This document shows, piece by piece, positions 47,967-51,869 of a stretch of DNA of 51,869 nt (positions are counted from its first letter, which is position 1; every line of letters starts with the position of its first letter). Source of the stretch: Reclinomonas americana ATCC 50394 (taxonomy: Eukaryota); assembly GCA_048213135.1 (NCBI GenBank), contig PS015160.1:134250-186118 (forward strand), given 5' to 3'. The notes below the pieces were generated by a model. The model was not told the DNA's origin, made no database searches, and saw nothing but the letters and a program-made list of their open reading frames with translations. A program made the position numbers and the translations under genes.

Positions 47967-50900
47967 TCACTCCGCTGATGTGGTGAGCCAGTCCAGTCGA
48001 AGGGCCGGCACACCTTTTATGGGTGGTGGTCGCACGCCGCTGCCACCATCACCAAGGCTGTTCTCGTCGCCGTCATCATCGTCGTCGTCGCTGTCATCAC
48101 TGTCGTAGTTGTCGAGAATGCCTTCGTCGGCACGTCGAGGCATAGAATTCGCCGCGCCGTTGGCGGCCGATTTGACGTGGTGACCATTGCCTTGATGAGA
48201 TGCTCGTGGTGGCTGCGATGGAGGTGGTGGGGGCGGGGGTGGGGGCGGCGGTGGTGCATGCTGCGGGCGAGGTGGTGGTGGAGTAATCGACAAGCTGCCC
48301 GGCCGTCCGAATTGTGGACTCGGTGAGAAGCGCGAGGAGTCGTCGTCAGCCATGGCGAGACTCATGACCTCCTCCCCGTATCCGGGAGACGGCAAGCGCA
48401 GGAACTCGGGGGAGGCACTTGGCGCAAGGTTTGCCTGCTCCAACATCGAGCGCTGCTCGGTGAGCAGCGATGCCAGTGCCTGCAAATCCTCCTCCATTCG
48501 TGCAATCACAGTGGCATGTTCTTGCCGCTGTTGCTCCAACGAGGTCTGTGAAGAGACACCGACAGGAATCTTGAGTCGCTTGTCGATGTGATCTTACGTT
48601 CACACCACACGGCTTCGCACCTCCAATTCAACAATTCGTGCACGCTCGCCGGCCAGCTTGCTCGCCAGCAGGCGGATGAGGTGCTGCTGGCTCTGCATGG
48701 TGTCGGCCGCCGTGGCACCGCTCGGGCCGCTCTCACTCTCGGGATCCTACACATAATGTTAATGAGAGGAGGGGATGGGGAGAGAGAGTGAGACGGGCAC
48801 GACGCTCACCATCAGTTGCCGTGACTGTACAAACGGCAACGACTTGGTCTCCTGCTCGGTCAGCGGCAAATCAAATGCCTCGGTGTCGAGTCTGCAGCAA
48901 CAATGTGACGCGGTGAGGAGCGGCAAGCAACATGACCGCAGGAGAAGAGGACTTCGACTCACGGAGACACTGACGGCGATCGGAACAGCTGAATGCGAAG
49001 TGTTCTCTCGTGGCCCTTGTTGGGTGCCTGCGAGCGGCGGCACGGTGAATGTGAGTGTTGTGTTGGGAGGCATGCACGCAAAGAAAGCACAAGAGCGACT
49101 CACCGAGCTGTCTTCCACACGCACACGCACGTGCGACTGAAATTCCTCGGCTGTCTTGAGGGCCAGCTTCTGCCAGTGTTCCACGTCGGCCTTTAGCTTT
49201 TGCACAAGCGCTGATTCAGTCTCCCCTGCTGGTGCCTGCGCGCCGCCACCACTGATGCTGTTTCTCCTGCTGCTGCTCTTCAACTCCTCCATCTCCACAG
49301 TCTTTTGTTGGTTGACACTGCGCAGATCGTGATTTTCCGCCGTCAACTCCGCCAACTGCGCCTCCAGCCGCTCACGCGCCCGCCGTTCTTCCTCCACCAG
49401 CGCTTGCAATCGTTGCATGTTGCCCGTCGCGGAGGCAGAGGCCTGCGATGATTGAAAGAAAGCGAAGATTAGTAACTGCGCGTATTGGACGATCCGTGCT
49501 CCGTCCACATCCCCACTCATCACCTGTTCGCTGTCGGTGCGCATCATGGGTGCCAGACTGCGCACCAGTTCCTCCCGCTGTCTCCGCTCAATGTCGAGCT
49601 GCGACTCGAGTCTCAGCAATTGATCAGTCAACTCGGCATTTGCGTGCACTGCGTCGGGCGGAAGGGGTGAGATGACGAGGCAGGAAGAGATACAAACAAA
49701 GGAGAAGGAGAACCTTCGCCCTTGTACTGCTCGGTGACCTGCCGCAGGCTCTCTTGCAGCTTGAACATAATGGAGCTGCCTTCGGATTTGAATCTGTGAA
49801 TCGCCTCCTGTGTAGGTGTGCATACCGTCAGCTCAGTGGTCCAAGCGCGCACCGTGACGAGGACATGGAACGCACCTGCGCTCGTTTCCGCTCCGCCTGC
49901 TCACTGCTCACTCGGTGATCCATCTCGTGCACCAGTTGATGCATTTGTGCTGCATTCCATCGGTGATCAGCAAGCTACGATGCGAAGAATGAAAGCTCAC
50001 CGTCACACACGCACCTTCTCGCTTCAGACGACTCTCGCGCTCCTCCTTCCTTCTCCGCAGCAACTCCTTCAGGCTGCCCAGCAGCGTGTTGCTCTCCTTC
50101 CGGTGCAGCGAGGCCATGGCGGCGAGTTCTTCGTCGACGGCACGAACGGCACGAAGACGCTCCACAAACGCGTGGGCGAATACCACATCCTCCTGTTCCA
50201 ATTCCGCAAGCAGCTGCGCCACGGTGCCTTCTCCATCCTCAGACATGGAAGGCAGCGCCGCCGCCGCAGCCGCCGCCGCCACCGCCGCCGAAAGGCCACC
50301 GACGGGAGTCTCGGTCAAACGGTGGGGGGTGACGGTTCGTGATGACGCGCGGGACGTGGCCTTGCCGGGACTTGGCGTGCGCGGAGGTCGCCGCACGGGC
50401 GATCTCGACGAATTCGACAACCATGGCTTGCTGTAGGAGCGCGATCGCGGAGACCGCGACGCCGCATTCGAAGTAGGTGTGCTGGCAGCAGCGCCATTCG
50501 CGCCCTGCCCACTGTATCCCTTGCCACGCTTGGGCGGCAGCGGCGCAGGAGGCGGTGGTGGTATGGAGCTGCCGCCACTCGAGGAAGGCGGAAGAGGAGT
50601 CCCATTGGCGGCCGCCATGACACCGGCCGACGACAGAAACGCACTAAACTCCTGCAACTCGTTCAGCAACGAGTCAGCGTCGCTCAATCCCAAACCACTA
50701 TCCATCGACGCCGGCCGCCGCTGCACTTCGGCGACCGACAAGGACGAGGAGGGCATGGTGGAGACGACGCCGCCGCCGCTCACCGCCGTGATAATGGCTC
50801 CATATTGTGAGGGCGACGACTGGAAGTGCAGCGGAGAGCCCTGTAATGAGGCCGACGATACTCCCAACGGTGACGGGTGTCGTTGTCGCTGTACCACCGA

Positions 50901-51481
50901 CTGGTACGGCTGCGTGCGGGCACTGTAGGACGACACTGCGTTCGCCGCCGCCATTTGCCGCGGTGACAGCTGCTGCGGTGGACCAGGTGATGCCTGTTTC
51001 GACAAGCGCAGCTCGTACTCCAGCTCACGTTCCCGCTGCTCCAGCACCGTCGGCATGCTGGCTCCCAACTGATACTGATGATGATCATACGCCGAGCCGT
51101 TCCACGCCTGCACTCCAGGCGACGGCATCGTGGCGGACAGCGCACCAAGGGAGAGTGCAGGTACGACGGGTGACGCGGCAGCACTCATGGGAGCGACTGG
51201 CGGTGACGCAGTTCGCGCGGCCAGGCGCGCACGAATGATATCCCGCGGCGACTGCAGTGGTCTGTTCAACTCACTCGCAGTGGTCTCGGCCGGCGACGAC
51301 ATGACCACGGGGTAGATGCCGACGGAGGAACCACCCGCAAAAGGAATCGGAGGCACCAGGCCGACCGTGTATGGTGACGGTGCGACAGAGGCGGTGGCGG
51401 TGGTGGCGGTGGTGGCGGTGGTGGGAAGGATGGCAGGTGAGGTGCCACGACGCGAGGAGACGAGTGGGGAGGCGGAGGCGT
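47967..51481 (-). CDS. Large Pro/Ser-rich coiled-coil protein of unknown function; 5' end beyond the right edge
   Basis: Long ORFs 50023-51481, 49132-49443 and 47967-48546, with heptad-rich segments (LQALVEEERRARERLEAQLAEL) and a poly-Pro tract. Joined by GT-AG introns. Confidence 0.6.
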
Positions 51482-51803
51482 CTGTGCAACGTAGGAAAGG
51501 GAGGGGGGAGAGAGGAGAGTGAGGGAAGGGTGGAGGGGGGCAGAGAACAGATGGAAGGAATGAGGAAGAGTGAGGGGAAGAGCGATCTCCAACAGCTGCG
51601 TAGCGAACAATCAAGGCGGACGGTCATGAAACAGCGACAAAGACGATGATGAGAGAGAGGTGAGTGCAGAGTGCATAGAGGAAGAGAACAAATGGCTGGG
51701 ACTAGAACACACAGGAAAGGCAAAGAGCGATGGAAGGCATGAGGAAGAGGGAGGAAGAACAATCTTTATCAGTTGCGAATCGAACGGCCCAGTTGGACGA
51801 TTA

Positions 51804-51869
<66 letters not shown>

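Overview
Gene-dense, intron-rich eukaryotic genomic DNA, probably from a flagellated protist (it encodes NPHP1-like and GCP5 proteins). Long introns carry many microsatellites and there are several assembly gaps. I spliced the gene models by hand using GT-AG boundaries and reading frame. In order the window holds: RBMX2 exon 1, a peroxisomal quinone oxidoreductase, a full-size ABCA transporter with degenerate catalytic motifs, a large disordered protein, a Naa60-like GNAT, a membrane-anchored fibre protein, GCP5, a TraB-domain protein, a TMEM254-like protein, SHMT, a bacterial-type AAA-ATPase-like protein, an EF-hand/NPHP1 fusion and a coiled-coil protein. Two signals stand out. (1) A ~1,900-aa, 13-exon type II membrane protein has ~50 x 22-aa Gly/Ser/Thr repeats and ends in a phage-tail-fibre-type self-cleaving intramolecular chaperone (Peptidase_S74) domain. 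(2) About 24 introns across the window begin with a one-nucleotide-shifted donor (GTTGCG/GTTTCG/GTTACG/GTTGAG), almost always after a non-G exonic base. All family calls come from motif recognition, not database searches.
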